A stretch of DNA of 55,791 bases, the filler included, from Dimargaris cristalligena (taxonomy: Eukaryota): NCBI GenBank assembly GCA_003614675.1. It is 4 parts of 4 records of this genome, joined end to end, with 100 filler letters (N's around TTAATTAATTAA, not from the genome) between each part and the next. Parts side by side here need not be neighbours in the genome. Positions count along the whole stretch, not along the records: positions 1 to 13,913 come from ML002972.1; positions 14,014 to 27,921 come from ML002973.1; 2 more parts are not named here. One strand, 5' to 3'. Shown here one piece after another: positions 12,413 to 25,779 of this stretch. Under the pieces are notes generated by a model that saw nothing but the letters and a program-made list of their open reading frames with translations, was not told where the DNA came from and ran no database searches. The number at the start of each line of letters is the position of its first letter. Position 1 is the first letter of the stretch. The translations under genes and the position numbers were made by a program.

Positions 12413-13913
12413 GGTATATATATATATATTTAAGTGGATGTGGGCGAGAGTATGAATTGACTTTTATAATGCTAATAGATTCAAGAACATAAGTAAAAAG
12501 GTGATTAATAAACCGACGAATGTGGGCAGAATGGGCGCTCCCTGAACTAGTAGACACAAGCGGGGTTCATGGTATAACAGAAGCCATTCAATACATTTTA
12601 ATTAAACTATCCAGCCGAGGACTATTAAGCCAGCTACCTTTTTTTAGCCAGGCTGAGGCTTATTTACAATCACTCCAACCTTGAATATAGTTGCTATACT
12701 ATCATATTTAAGATAATTTGCGGTCTAATTACTATCATCGACAGCAGATACCTGTGAACCTGTAACATTTATTACCAAATCGAAGATCTTGATATGGGTG
12801 AAGTTCCGCCAGGCTGTAAAACGAAATATCCGTTGGATGGAGCAAGTGTTACTGGCTCCAAATGAATTCCTAGTCTATTTTCCCATACATATATTATTAA
12901 AAGCCCTATACAGCTGGGCCTAAGCCTACCCACTTCTTTTACCTAGCTCAAACCACTGAACTGAGGGCATCCAGCAACGTCACTTGCGGCTCTTTCTCTC
13001 CTCAGACATCACATTAAATTGCTCCAGGAAGAGCTCTCGTTTACTATTCAATTTATAGTAACAACGCTTTAGACATACAAGTGATCTGGTATATAATACT
13101 GCAATGCATTGGTTTTGCTAGCTTTATCTAGACTGGTTTGCGGGACAATCGTTCGTTCATTTCCTATATTCATGCTGAATCTTCCAGCAATAAACATCCA
13201 GGATACCTCCCCCTTTACTTTAAACTAAATACAAATATTAGAAGGAAACATTGCAGCATCCTACTGGTCTCCCATTACACATAAATTGCAAACTTGAATG
13301 TTGTCAATAAGCCATATCCCTGGAGTTTCAACAGCTGCTTGGTACTCTTACTCAGGACCTGTGCTTAACATGTCCGGTGTTATACTTTATATCTAACCTT
13401 ATCAACACTCGGTTTAGCCGATGACTGGTTGGACTGTGCTTATGATGGAGCTATAAGTATAATCCCGACCTACATATAATCTCCAACATCACCAGTACAA
13501 ATGTGGTAGTTTTGGAAAACTATGTAAAATATGATTCATGACGTATGGGCTGCAATAGTTTCAAAAATCGGGACCAAGTTATGCCGAGGTTTAACATGCC
13601 ATTGATAGTTAGACATGGGCAAACCCAGCCTAATATATGGATGATAGGTGTGGGCCTAGGTCATAGCGTACGTATAAAAGGACGGGCGAATACCTTCCCA
13701 CAGATGTAGGGCTGAATTGCCGGGGTTGTAGTCTTTAACGGTACAGCCAACTGCGACAGTCATCGCTACGCTACGTAATGCAGGCTGGCCGAATACGGGC
13801 GAACTATTCAGAAGGGGCTATTAGATGCTTAAGAATATTAAGAGTGTCTACGTTGCCGACTAGTGTGGGAGTATTGAGGGCCAAGGGGATATCACATTCG
13901 AACTAGCAATATT

Positions 13914-14013
13914 NNNNNNNNNNNNNNNNNNNNNNNNNNNNNNNNNNNNNNNNNNNNTTAATTAATTAANNNNNNNNNNNNNNNNNNNNNNNNNNNNNNN
14001 NNNNNNNNNNNNN
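13914..14013. other. Artificial contig spacer (N44-TTAATTAATTAA-N44)
   Basis: The same 100-nt linker, with stops in all frames, occurs three times. Confidence 0.98.
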
Positions 14014-17000
14014 AAGTAAAAATAGGCACTTGAACTTCGAAATAATAATCAAATGGTTGATGTTTTTTTTTGTAGTTTTCTGGTAACGAAATGAATAGGA
14101 CTGATAAAATATAAGATATTGTTTGATGAATAATTGGTTTTACAGGATGAATTGATAGAGTATAATTAAAGGAGCTGTGCTTTACGTTGATAAATGGGTT
14201 CTAATTAGTAAAGGAATCGGGTAATTAAATATGCTTCCAGTTACCTGCACTCTGCAGCACCACACTACTGTCCCATACGCGTCTGGGGATACGTATTAAA
14301 TTTCTATATGCGAGGGGTTCAACCAGGCTGTATACACCGGTAAATCCGATCAATGGCGGGTCAGTCATTGTCAGTTGGCAAATACACATTCTGTCTATTG
14401 AATTATACGTCATCTAAAACTATATTGGACTAATAATGAAAACATACCATGGTAATGGGCCTGCCACACCCCTCATCAGGTAAATACCCAACAGCTACCC
14501 AAACATTAGCATAGTAAGCACCCTGCTGTCTAGGAGACTATAGAGTTATGCCATGATAAAACAGAGGGGCTTTATCTGACATAAATCACCGCCCACATGT
14601 ACCAGGAATCCTAAAGCAGTGCGGTCATTCTGAAGAACCATGGTGGCTGTGGTAGTGAAAATATTACTGTGGGATACTGTAATGCTGTCCAATTCTTGAA
14701 AGTATGGCATAACCACCATACTGAAATACCTCATTATTTCCCAATCATCGCCTATGTGCTGAAGTTTTTTTAAAAAAAACAGCAGTCTGATTTTTATGGT
14801 CCATATCAGCTGTATTTAAATGGGTATCATTAATACCTGGACCATTCATGGTAGAATTCCGTGAACAGAGACCAGAAGGTGATGTTTTTTCTATTAGGGG
14901 CATAGCATTAGGCCATGACTATGCTATAAGTGGTTGGTGATCAATTGATCGGTGGATAAGAGGGCTCGACAGGGTTTAATAGGTGATATTGGCAGTTCAT
15001 TGGAATGCCTGGCAGGTAGGCCCATCCCCAAAGAAGTGAATACAATGGGTAACTATGAAGGATATAGCTGGTGTGGCTAGTCTGATCATCCTTGGGTGAA
15101 AGCAGACCCGGAGGTCCAGGGCGCACTACTGCATTGTTGTCATCATGAACATCTTATTACATGGAAGCATTCAGTTAATAGCCTCGGCCATAGTCCTGTC
15201 CCAGGACTGGGCGTTGTAGGACGTGCCTAAAGCCATGCTACTTGCTAATTATACCTAGCTGCAGTGTAATGACTATTGTATTATAAATCGTTGGATTACA
15301 ATTGACACACATGAAGACATTTGCGTAGGCAACGGGGTGTATCAGGGAACGGAAACTGTCGTAGGAAATAATCCTGATACTGACTAATATACACACAGCT
15401 CAGAAAAGTTACAAAAGATAATTCACATGGACAGTTGATGTGAAGGGCGTATTATAGATAACAATATGGGAGATATCGGCAGATGGAGTTAACTAAGAAA
15501 GGTGGGTAAATATTAGTGCCAATTAACTAAAGAATAACGACAGGAATCGGCTCGGTTTTATATAGCCGAGCAGACGAATGATAAAGGTGTCGAACCAGCA
15601 AAGAAGATGCTAAAAGACACTATTAGATAGTGGTATAAATGATAGTTAATAATAGATGGGCATATAATGAAGGGGATGCATGAAATATGTGAATCGAGTG
15701 GCAGGAATGGCTGAAAGAAGGTGATCCTTCAATAGGGCAGCATTCCCGCGCCTCGTTGATGGAACTAGGCGATAATGGCGCCTGGTCCTTCTTGGTTAGT
15801 GAGCTATAATCTCATTGATTATTCAGCATGACAACCACCGAGCCAGGTCGAAATCAGCATTTGGCTGTCACGGCTGGGCAGACAGTATCATTATAGAAAG
15901 TAGTTAGGAAACCAGGACGAACAAAATTCATATTCAAAATTAAAATAATGGAAATAGAATTATTGTATATATAGTACACATAATATTTTATTTTGAAGTG
16001 CACTGGCTTTAGTGTCCAGATACTTCGTGTTATGGTATAAGGAGAAATCGTTGTAGGAAACAAAGGAGATGCAGGTGTGTGAAGAGTATTTCTATCATTA
16101 TTAGAACCATATATTGTGAACAGGTGCATTGTCTTCACCATAGAATCACAAGCTAGATGAGTGGCCTAAGCCCTGTTCAATGGCAGCAATCAATTAAGTG
16201 CATGGCTGATAGCTACTGCCCCATCAAAAATCTGCTTTATAAATATACAGCTTCCCTTCCCTACAATTTTTCATCATAACTGATCTTATATCAAGCATTA
16301 TTCTTAATAAGCTTAATTTACATAGATTGTATCTGTACTACCTGGGAGGTCCGGCCTATTGCCAGTGGCCTTTGGGTTTTGCGAGGAGGCAGCAGCCTCC
16401 TTATCAGCATGGCCAAAAGTCATGGTGGCCAGCTCCCTGGTTGTTGAAGACAGGAGGTTCACAGAGTTAGAGGAAACAGGAGCAGAGTTGGGCATCATGT
16501 TGGGGTTACAGGGGGGCAGATGGTTATTAAACCAGACAGGGAACAGGGGGATAAACAAGGAGTGTCAAAGTTTATTGAGAAACAATAAAAACAAGGGAGT
16601 TGATAATTAATAATCAATAAAAGGTCGTCATTGAGTTCAAGGGATATTAAAAATGAGTTTGAAATTTAAATGAGTGATGATTATTGTCCCAAACAAGCAG
16701 GAATTCACTGGTTACTTATGTAACCATCCTGTGGGCCTTAGGGGCTGCTGGATACAAGGGAAAGGACATAGAAAAAAGGTCAAGAATAGAACAATATGGA
16801 ATAACAAGGAATCTACTGAAAAATAGGTCAGACTTTTAAATGCAAAGAAGAATGGCAGACTTTTTTAATGTAAACTGTGAGTATAAAGAAATAAATAATA
16901 TTTTGTTGGTTTTTTGTATATGCTACAGTATAGGTGATATACTTTTTTTTGTGGGTAAGTGATGGGAATGATACCACCATTGCATATCATGGTATATTCC

Positions 17001-20000
17001 ACCCTCTGACAATGAGGACTGGCTGTCTATAGTCCAGGGATAAGTGTCAACCTCTGGATGACACTATATATCCACTGCATTTATTCCCTTCCACTCCCTC
17101 CCTCCAAAGCTTCCTCACATTACTACTTTTGTTATCCCCCTCTCCCTTGAAACCAAACTCTGGCCTCAACCAGATCATCCATCAACACTCCTAGCTGCCT
17201 GTCTTATTATACACATGTGCCACTCTGCATAAATGCAGAGACTTAAAATATGTATTAGCCCTTATCAGGGCTCTACCAGCAGTCCCCCCTACACATTAGG
17301 GAGGGACTACATCCCCTACAATCCCTCTTCCGAACTCTCAGAGGCTGACAGGGGCCATTGTATGGCCCCTCCCACCACCTGGTAAATAATTCACGGGTAG
17401 TAATTGTCAATATGGGGGACTATAATGGCCAAATAACTATTGGTATTTTAGGAATGTGCTAATATTTTCTGTGAATAAACCAAGGGCAGCTGTTCAATTT
17501 ATATACAATATTCTGAGAAGTAGGAATCAATCATTGTTGCTGAATCCACTATACTGTATTTTTGATGGTGTTCAATTAAAAATACCAATATCATAATTTT
17601 GGTGGGTGATTTCTGTCAAAAATACAATGATGTTATGGCTTGATCGATAAAGACAATATGTAGAAGGACTCTTTGACCATTTTCATTTGGAGGGATTTTT
17701 GGAAAGCTAACGTGGCAATTACTATGCTACTAGTATTACCTTTTATTCCATTATTTGGCCTGGTACATTAACATACTTGTAGATGCCGGCTAGGTTATTA
17801 TCTCCTGTTATTCTGTTCTTAATAAACATGTTTCAACCACCCCCCAGTTTCTATTAACATTGACCCTTTTTTCTCTAGCCATTATAAACTAATTATTTAA
17901 ATTATAGATTCGATTATGCTTTATCTGCATGAAGCTGACGACTTCGCTATTCTAAAATTACATGTTCAGTACCAGTGAAAGACCATTGGTCTTGCAGGGG
18001 GATATCTATTTATTCGTAGTAAAGTCCAACGGGTGTACAAAATGGCCGTATATTTTATTGGCCAATTATTACAATAACAGGCATATGAGACCCGGAAAAT
18101 GCATTAGAAATTACATTGCAGCTGACATCTCTTCTGATTTTTACCACTAACAAGAATCCACCAAAACATATACCATATTTCTGATGGCAACATTAATTAA
18201 TGGACCGATACTCCCCTAAGGGTTCCCCGTGGTTTATATTCGGGATAAGTCAGCAGAAGCTCATTGTAATTTGGGGTATATACACTACTAACACTAGAAC
18301 ATATAAAATATGCTGGAATCTCACAAAGGAAATACAACAATTGTCTGCCCATTGATATTTATATTTCGAAACCATTGCTTCCTAAATAAAGTTTTAAATA
18401 TTTTTCTGATATTTCTGAACACGTCCGCTATTTTAATTACATACCACTTACACCCTCATCTATCGTCAAACATGAGTTCTGGCATCCCCTAAACCAGTGG
18501 GCCAATGTCCTCGGGCAACCCCATACCGGCTCACCAGGGATCCTCCATTCTGGCATCTAAGCCTCCTGAGAAGGAAGATGAAGCCACTTCTCCCTTTCCT
18601 AACCTCAGTTTGTTGAAGTTAGAGCAACTCATCACTACGTATTCATATATATATATATATATACCAATATTTGCATTGCTTATTCATAGGCACCTATTTT
18701 TTACTACTTCAGTCAATAACCCAAATAGAGTCTATTTGGACTTTTGTTGGTGCTGTGGCAAAATTAATGAGTAGTACGTACAACTAAATGGTGGCCATTG
18801 TGCCATTCCTATTTTGATGGACAATTAATTTGGTATGTTAAACCAATATTAATATGGATAGTTTAGTTTCTAATCTACTCAATAAAATAGTGGTGCTGAG
18901 CAGTGGAGTACCCACCTAAATACATACCAATGCGCTCTTTACTTGGTCCCAAAGCCCCATTGATGCTACTGGGGTAACTGGGGGTGGTTTATACTATTTA
19001 TATCACTCATTGTTCGCGTTATAGACCAATGGGGCACACTAAATTATGCGGTAACCAAAATTTGGACAAAGTACTAAAGAACGAGTGTATCGAATTCGAT
19101 GGTTTTATAGATACTACATGGCTTCCAATGGGGGCCGAGTTTAGAGTACCTTGACATTCTTGGCACTGTTATCCAAAGGGAAGGGTGGGGGGATGGTTCA
19201 AAACCCAACTTGCTCTTTTCATGGATTCGATTAGTTTATTTCAATGCAGCTCCTTCGAATCTTTTATCGGAGTCATGTGGTCCAAACACAGAAAGTGAGT
19301 TTACTTTGGAATGGGAGAGGTGAAGGGGTAGACAAGAAGCGGGTGCTCTGCACTACTCAAGGGCTACACACCGCCAGCCCATTTGGTGCTTCGATTGTTA
19401 ATCTATATAAAAATAAATCCCAAAGAACAGAGGCAGGAAGAAGTAGCCCTGGTCGAAAAAATGACTTCATTTGCCTATGTGTCTATCCTCCCCCCTTTCC
19501 CTTAACTATTCAAAGTACCTGCAGCTTTCCTTTTAGACTCCCGAATAGGCTACACTATTTTTGTCCAGCCCCCTTCCATTCTTTCCGGCCAGAAATATTG
19601 GATACATAGCCCGAATTCATAGACCACCGCAATAATAGGACTCCTTGGGAATACCCGCCATCGGTATTGGCCAGCAGGTCAATCAGGGTCACCGCAAGTT
19701 GACCCCAAGGCCAATTAAAACTTCTGTACCTTGATATGGCTAGACCGGGTCTCTGGGCCTTGTTCTTGGCGTTGGTGCAGGGCACCCAGTTGGTAACTTA
19801 GGCAAGACCCTAGAGGACATTCCGTTGATGCGGTGTCGCATGGAGGTGGTTGCTAAAGGGATAGGCAATGGTCCTGGATCCGCGGGATGGTATACGCGCC
19901 GGATGGTCTAGCGGGCAATGGGATAGGTCCAAACTTCCGTTGGTCGCATCAACAGTAACATCCATTGGTATGACTTGGTGATAAGGGAAACAGCAGTAAA

Positions 20001-20009
20001 CCCCTCGGC

Positions 20010-20017
20010 TATAAATA
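20010..20017 (+). promoter_or_regulatory. TATA box of small secreted peptide gene
   Basis: TATAAATA followed by a pyrimidine/CA-rich leader and an ACCATG start at 20157. Confidence 0.6.
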
Positions 20018-20156
20018 TGGCGTGGGCCACCCTCTCTTCAACTATCAATTACCCATTCACAGTTTATCGATCCGACAATTACACGCTTCCCCCCCTCCAC
20101 AACCACCGATTTCTTCAACCCACTCCCACTGCCCAATTTTAACCAATTTTCCGACC

Positions 20157-20381
20157 ATGAAGTTCCAGTCCACCGCTGCCCTCACCCTCGTTTTCGTTCT
20201 GGCTACTGTCACTCAGACCCACCCACTGGCCCCTGTCGCGGTCCATTCGCCTCAACTAGCCAAGCGTGGATTCCGCTCTTTTGCTACAAAGGTGGGTGGT
20301 GGTTATGCCGGTTATAAAGTAACCGGAGCTGTAGTCGACAACCTCAAAGGGAATAATAATAAGAATTCGAATACGATCTAG
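20157..20381 (+). CDS. Small secreted prepro-peptide (74 aa): signal peptide, propeptide, KR site, 37-aa cationic Gly-rich mature peptide
   Basis: MKFQSTAALTLVFVLATVTQT-HPLAPVAVHSPQLAKR-GFRSFATKVGGGYAGYKVTGAVVDNLKGNNNKNSNTI. TATA box upstream; AT-rich 3' region with AATAAA near 20698. Confidence 0.8.
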   Translation: MKFQSTAALTLVFVLATVTQTHPLAPVAVHSPQLAKRGFRSFATKVGGGYAGYKVTGAVVDNLKGNNNKNSNTI

Positions 20382-22635
20382 TCCAGCGGCAATTGTTCGG
20401 TTTCCCTGTCTGGTTGATGGTGGTGGATTTCCGACATTGTGTCAATCTCGATTAAATATTTAAAATACTATACTATCACTGCCACACCCTGAATACTTTT
20501 ATATTTTTTAGTGTTGTCAATAGGGGTTTTATCGCCTTGGAATCGATCCGCTTTTTTATTATTTATCATTATACATTTGTATACTAGTTAATCGCATCGG
20601 CTTAGTAGCCCTTTACTTGGTTTAACCTTTGTACATTTGAATTTCCTTATAAAATCCGGGGTTTACTCGACCCGCATCTTCAAACCTCAATATATTCAAT
20701 AAAGCCACCCATAAAATCCAGTAAATTTACGCGGCTGCAATTGCACATTTTGGCTGAGACTAATGGTAATAGAAAAATAGTTTGAGCTAATCATACTTGG
20801 ATACTTGATATGGTTACTCATGTGAGATTTTAATTGCAAATCAGCCTATATCCCACTACCCACTTTTATAATTCGGCTACTCTCAATATGACAGTCAATT
20901 CTAAAGTGAATATGGGTTTTATCTCATTATAGTCATCATGAAATGACTTTGGGCGACATCCAGTCCAGCTTTATAAAGTCTTTAATGAGCCTTTTAAGAA
21001 AATATATATAGGATATTCGTTTTCAGTCTGCAGTTCGTCTCACCCAATGGTTTTTGCATTAGACAGCCTCTGGTTGCATCTGCCCCGCAGTATGTACGCT
21101 ATACTCAATTATGGCTATGCTGTGAACTGTCAAATAGTACGGCCATTCGGTAGTTCCTAACTTTCGAGACTCGTACCTACCGTTCGACCACTATCCGCCC
21201 CCAAGACAAAAACATACAGCTGTTATGGCCAATGGGATGTTGTGTGTACGGGGAGACAGGGTGGGTGAAACAAAGGGGGGATACAATGTATCTCTAGTCA
21301 GTTGGTATCGCCATAATTAAACTCACCTAATCCTGATAGAGAATGGCTACTTCACCCCTGCTGTCCGACGGATTCGCCCGAAAATTACGCTATAGAATAC
21401 ACCTTTGCCGATACACGTTTATTCAGCTTAGAAGTCAAGACCAAAATGGAAGGAATTGGGGAGTATGATATATAGATAAGGAGTGGGGATGAAATAGAAG
21501 GTTTGTGGAACATACCCTATTGGACCAGGCTAATCTCAAACGGCAAGGTACACCATATCTGGGCACCAACTGCCTAAGCCAGCGGCGACGGCGTGGCATC
21601 CAATATATAATTACCCTGACCACTCTCCTTCCACCCGACAGTATTATTTGATTAGTTCAGAATGAGAGGGATTGTAATATCGGATAGACCAATTCGACCA
21701 AACGAAACACCGTTTTCCCAACTTCAATGGGAATAATCCTATTTGGGGATGAATAATGCTGTTTCCTGATTGAGCTGTCGGTGATATTCCTCGTCGGTGC
21801 CACTAAGAAAGCGGGCATCCTGCGATTCGGTGCATGTTCCCAACCACATTATATTCTTAAACGCCCTGATGCTATTTTATTCCGTGTCGGGCTAATAATG
21901 AAATGTAATGAAAATCGACCCTTCTCCCCCTCATGTTTCAGCATTTTACCCAATCTTATTTAGCCAACTCAAGGTCCCGTAAGGGAAATGTTTCATACAA
22001 CCATCGTATCACAAACTTCCTCTGCTTGCTTAATACGAGACAGTCTACTACAGTTCAAGGCAATTACAGGCGACACCGCAATGTATCTAGACCATCTTGT
22101 GAAACAACTGGCCAATGTGGATGAGAAGAGTAGAGGGAGGAGGGCGCTCCCCCTCCCCCCCCTCTTCTCGTCGTCGACATATGCCAACAGTCCCTAAATC
22201 GTGCTGCTTGTTTAAAAATTTAAACCAATAGGTCTTTGGATCAACGGAGATTTGGAATGTCAATTTACGGGTGAAATTAAACACACCCAACATGTGAAAG
22301 ACTGGCCACCACCCCTCCACCACCAGCTGATATTCCGGCAATAATACCTGTTTGGAAGGAGGGGTAACCGGGGCACTTGACAACTCCACCGGGGGGCTTC
22401 TTCCGGTTGCTTTCTGAACCTAACTCAATAAAGAGGGGCAGAGGATAACACAAAGAGAAATGCAATAAATATTTATATATTGTCACAATAAAACGAAGGA
22501 CGAGAACTTGGAAAACCAAGGGCCCTGGTGGGTAAAAGATAACCACCAAGGGAGAAGAGGAAAGGTACAATAGTGGATTTTAGGAGGTGTTCCAGCGACT
22601 CAGAAGAAGGGAGGAGAGTATCACTGGAGAGGGAG

Positions 22636-23781
22636 TTAGGCTGAGCGACGCCAGAACAGGATTTCGCCTTCGTCTTCAACAAAGCGGCAGTGGGCATTGG
22701 TATCCCATAGGGCCTTGGCCCAGTTAGTTTGGTCATTGTAGTAGTAGGAACCCAGCACCTTTTGAATAGCCTGCGTGGCTTCCATGGCGTGGTAGTGGGG
22801 GATGGTGGAGAACAGGTGGTGGGCGACGTGGGTATCGGTGATGTTGTGGAGGCAGTAGTTGAGCAGGGGGCCGAAACTGCGGTCGACGGTAGACAGAGCA
22901 CCGCGAACAAACGTCCACTCCTTGGGGCGGTAATGGGGCACGGAAGGGTGGGTATGCTGCAAAAAGGTGATGGTGACCAGCCAGAAATTGACCATGAAGT
23001 AGGGGATAACGTAGAATTTGACCACGGTAAGAAACGAGAAGATGTAGCTGGCGTAGCCCAGGGCACTTAGGGTGAGCAGCACACCGAGGTCGGACAGCAA
23101 GATATTGTTGTACTGGTGGGGCTTGAACAGCACACTATTGGGGTCAAAGTGGTTGGTCCCTTCGGCGTACTTGGGACCGGATACATTCGTAAACAGATAC
23201 AGGGGCCAGCCGGCAATGGTCATGCCTACGACGTTGTAGAGGGTCATCAGGGGCGCATCATCCGAGGCAGCCAGGATCGAGGGGATCACCGAAGCAGTGG
23301 GGGCCACCTCACGCTGCTGGCGGGTCTTGGGAACGAACACCTCGTCGCGCTGCATGTGGTTGGTGGCCTTGTGGTGGTTGGAGTGGGAGTAGCGCCAGGA
23401 ATAGAAGGGCACCAGAAGGGCCGAGTGCAGAACCCAGCCAACGGCGTTGTTGATGGATTTGGACGAGGAGTACGATTGATGGCCGCACTCGTGGCCAATG
23501 ACCCAGATACCGGTACAGACGATGCCCTGGGCGACCCAGTACAGGGGCCAGGCCAACAACCGTAGTGACGGGGGCAGCACCGTGTCAATAAAGCTGGCCA
23601 GGTAGACGAACAGGGCAACGAGGGCAAAGTCGTGAGCGACGTACACGGACGACCGCAGGGCACTGCGCTCGAAACAGTGGGCGGGCACGGCATCGCGCAG
23701 CTCCTTGATGCCGATGTTGGGGGGCTGGAAAGTGGACTCGAGGTCCGTGGACGGAGTCAGGTACTCGATTTTTTCACCCAT
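22636..23781 (-). CDS. FAD2: Delta-12 (omega-6) fatty acid desaturase, intronless
   Basis: Three His boxes (HECGH, HSNHH, HVAHH) and the N-terminal LRDAVPAHCFERS motif. Confidence 0.93.
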   Translation of the reverse strand: MGEKIEYLTPSTDLESTFQPPNIGIKELRDAVPAHCFERSALRSSVYVAHDFALVALFVYLASFIDTVLPPSLRLLAWPLYWVAQGIVCTGIWVIGHECGHQSYSSSKSINNAVGWVLHSALLVPFYSWRYSHSNHHKATNHMQRDEVFVPKTRQQREVAPTASVIPSILAASDDAPLMTLYNVVGMTIAGWPLYLFTNVSGPKYAEGTNHFDPNSVLFKPHQYNNILLSDLGVLLTLSALGYASYIFSFLTVVKFYVIPYFMVNFWLVTITFLQHTHPSVPHYRPKEWTFVRGALSTVDRSFGPLLNYCLHNITDTHVAHHLFSTIPHYHAMEATQAIQKVLGSYYYNDQTNWAKALWDTNAHCRFVEDEGEILFWRRSA

Positions 23782-25779
23782 AATGTCGGTATGTTAGTTA
23801 GTGCAGCAATGTGGGGTGGTAAGAAGAAAAAACAACAACCCGGGTCAATATGGAGGAAGATGTGATACAATATATCACAATAACGAGCACTGCAGCAAGG
23901 AGGCCAAAGTAGCAGCTACAGTCGAATGCAGCCGAGGAAAAGAAAAGAAAATGGAGCAAAAATTAGAGGTATAGCAAGGGAATTCGAGGAACGCCCCCGA
24001 AGCCGGTTTATATATCGGAACGAGATATATATGGCCCTATTAAGGTGAATGCATGGGCGAGATGATTGTACTGTCCAGTGGGTTTTGGCCCTTTTCCCCA
24101 ACCATACTGTGTGCTAGTAGCGCACGTTGGCGATGGGTGCGAAAAGAAGACCTGGAAGACAGTACAGATAGACACCAGCCTATTGCCAGGCCCAGGCCTC
24201 CTGGGCGTGCCGGGCCAATGGCAAGGAACCACCCCTACCCTACGGCTCTGCGCACACACGCTCCAGAGACCTTTGGGCGCCATTGGCCCAGCTCGGCCAG
24301 TCGGTATCGGATGATTCTGCCAGAAACGCAGGGCTGGACGGATCGGCCGCTGATTGCACACTCCGGAATCCCAGCACTCCTCTTGTTTCGTGGTTATCTA
24401 ACAAATCACCTGATTTCCGCTTAAAGGCCATGCTAATTGATTCAGAGATAGTCAGTATGTCTAAAGAAAGAGACATCCTGGCAAGATGGAGTGGAAAGAA
24501 AATGCGCCGCCCCATCTGAAGTCGCAGTGCGCCGATTCGATGCAAGATTGGCCGGCCAATATAGAGAGCCGTATCCATTCCCAGCCACAGGAGTCGGTGC
24601 GTTATTGGCTCCGGGCATCGTGCACGGGGGGGAAAAGGCCAAGCATGTCCGTTGGACCCCCCTCCACACATAATATACATTACCCCGGTTGGAGATAGTT
24701 CTCTTTTGGCACCCTGAAATGGAAATGACTTTCACTGTTGGTTTGTTTGCCCTGCTGGCTCCAATATCTTACATGAAAGGACGATTCACACTCCATTTAT
24801 TTGTATCCCCCATATGGCAGTGGCATCCCCCCCCTCCTCATGCCTGCGCTTAGCCATTAGCCGTGGTGGTGGTGGTCCTGCTCATTGGGAAATATAGAGT
24901 GAGAGTCGCAAGCGTACCAGTCATCAAATAAAACCACCCCCGGCCCTGGAAAACCCGAAGGCAACTCCTCCCCCCTTTAGCCAATAACGCCCTTTCCCCT
25001 TTTTGGGGTTGATATTAGACCGCTCGGCTATAACCGATACCCTCCGAACGAGGCAGTTAGTTGTACATCTACGACGGTTCTAGTAAATCACTGCTGATAT
25101 CGATTGGTTGAAGCGCACAAGACTCTTTTACTCTGTATTTAGCTGAATATTCGACGGTAGCGGTCTACTGTCACTGCCATTTAATTACAACTGTGGCCTA
25201 CTGTTGAACATGGCGGAGAATACCGCACATGGTATTAATATACCCGCCCTCAACAACTTTCTCTGTAAAAACCTTCCCAGTGCAGTACCATCTGTCCAAG
25301 GCAATTTAAATTCAAAGACCTACTCTACTATGCTTTATGGCTCAACCACACTGGCCATGCTTCATTTTCTCCCCTTTATTCTAGCCTTGTTTGTCAATAC
25401 TATTCGACCGATCCCAAACTGTTATTCACCTTCTCTCCTTCGTCAAGCACAGCCCCTTCCAAACATTGCATGCCACCCCCATGCCTTGCTCGTGGATTAG
25501 ATTCACTGTAACCTGATATTCCTGCTGAGTTGTGCACTACCCGAGTATGTAGTCGTGCTCTCCATCGACGTGCTCCGCTCCACATACCCCCCGATTCCCC
25601 CGAACGTCCGATCCGTACGGCCCTGCCTCCACTGTCGGTACATCCTACCTCGCATTTCTAGTCCAACTGGGTCCGCTTCATTGGGCTTAGCTCCATCGAC
25701 TCCGTTTGACTCTCCCTCTCTCTCCCCGCCACCCCATTTCTGCCCCCTCATTCTCCACCGCTAGGGTAGTTGTTTCTCC

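Noticed and set aside
13914-14013. TTAATTAATTAA palindrome within N runs, repeated three times at about 13.9-kb spacing
   Set aside because: Artificial concatenation linker. The spacing reflects length-sorted contigs, so no synteny or clustering can be inferred across the linkers.
22473-24735. Many overlapping or antisense ORFs over FAD2 and its upstream region (likewise over RPB3, PPIL4, SMG9, NUP42)
   Set aside because: Shadow ORFs from GC-rich codon usage, with no recognisable domains.
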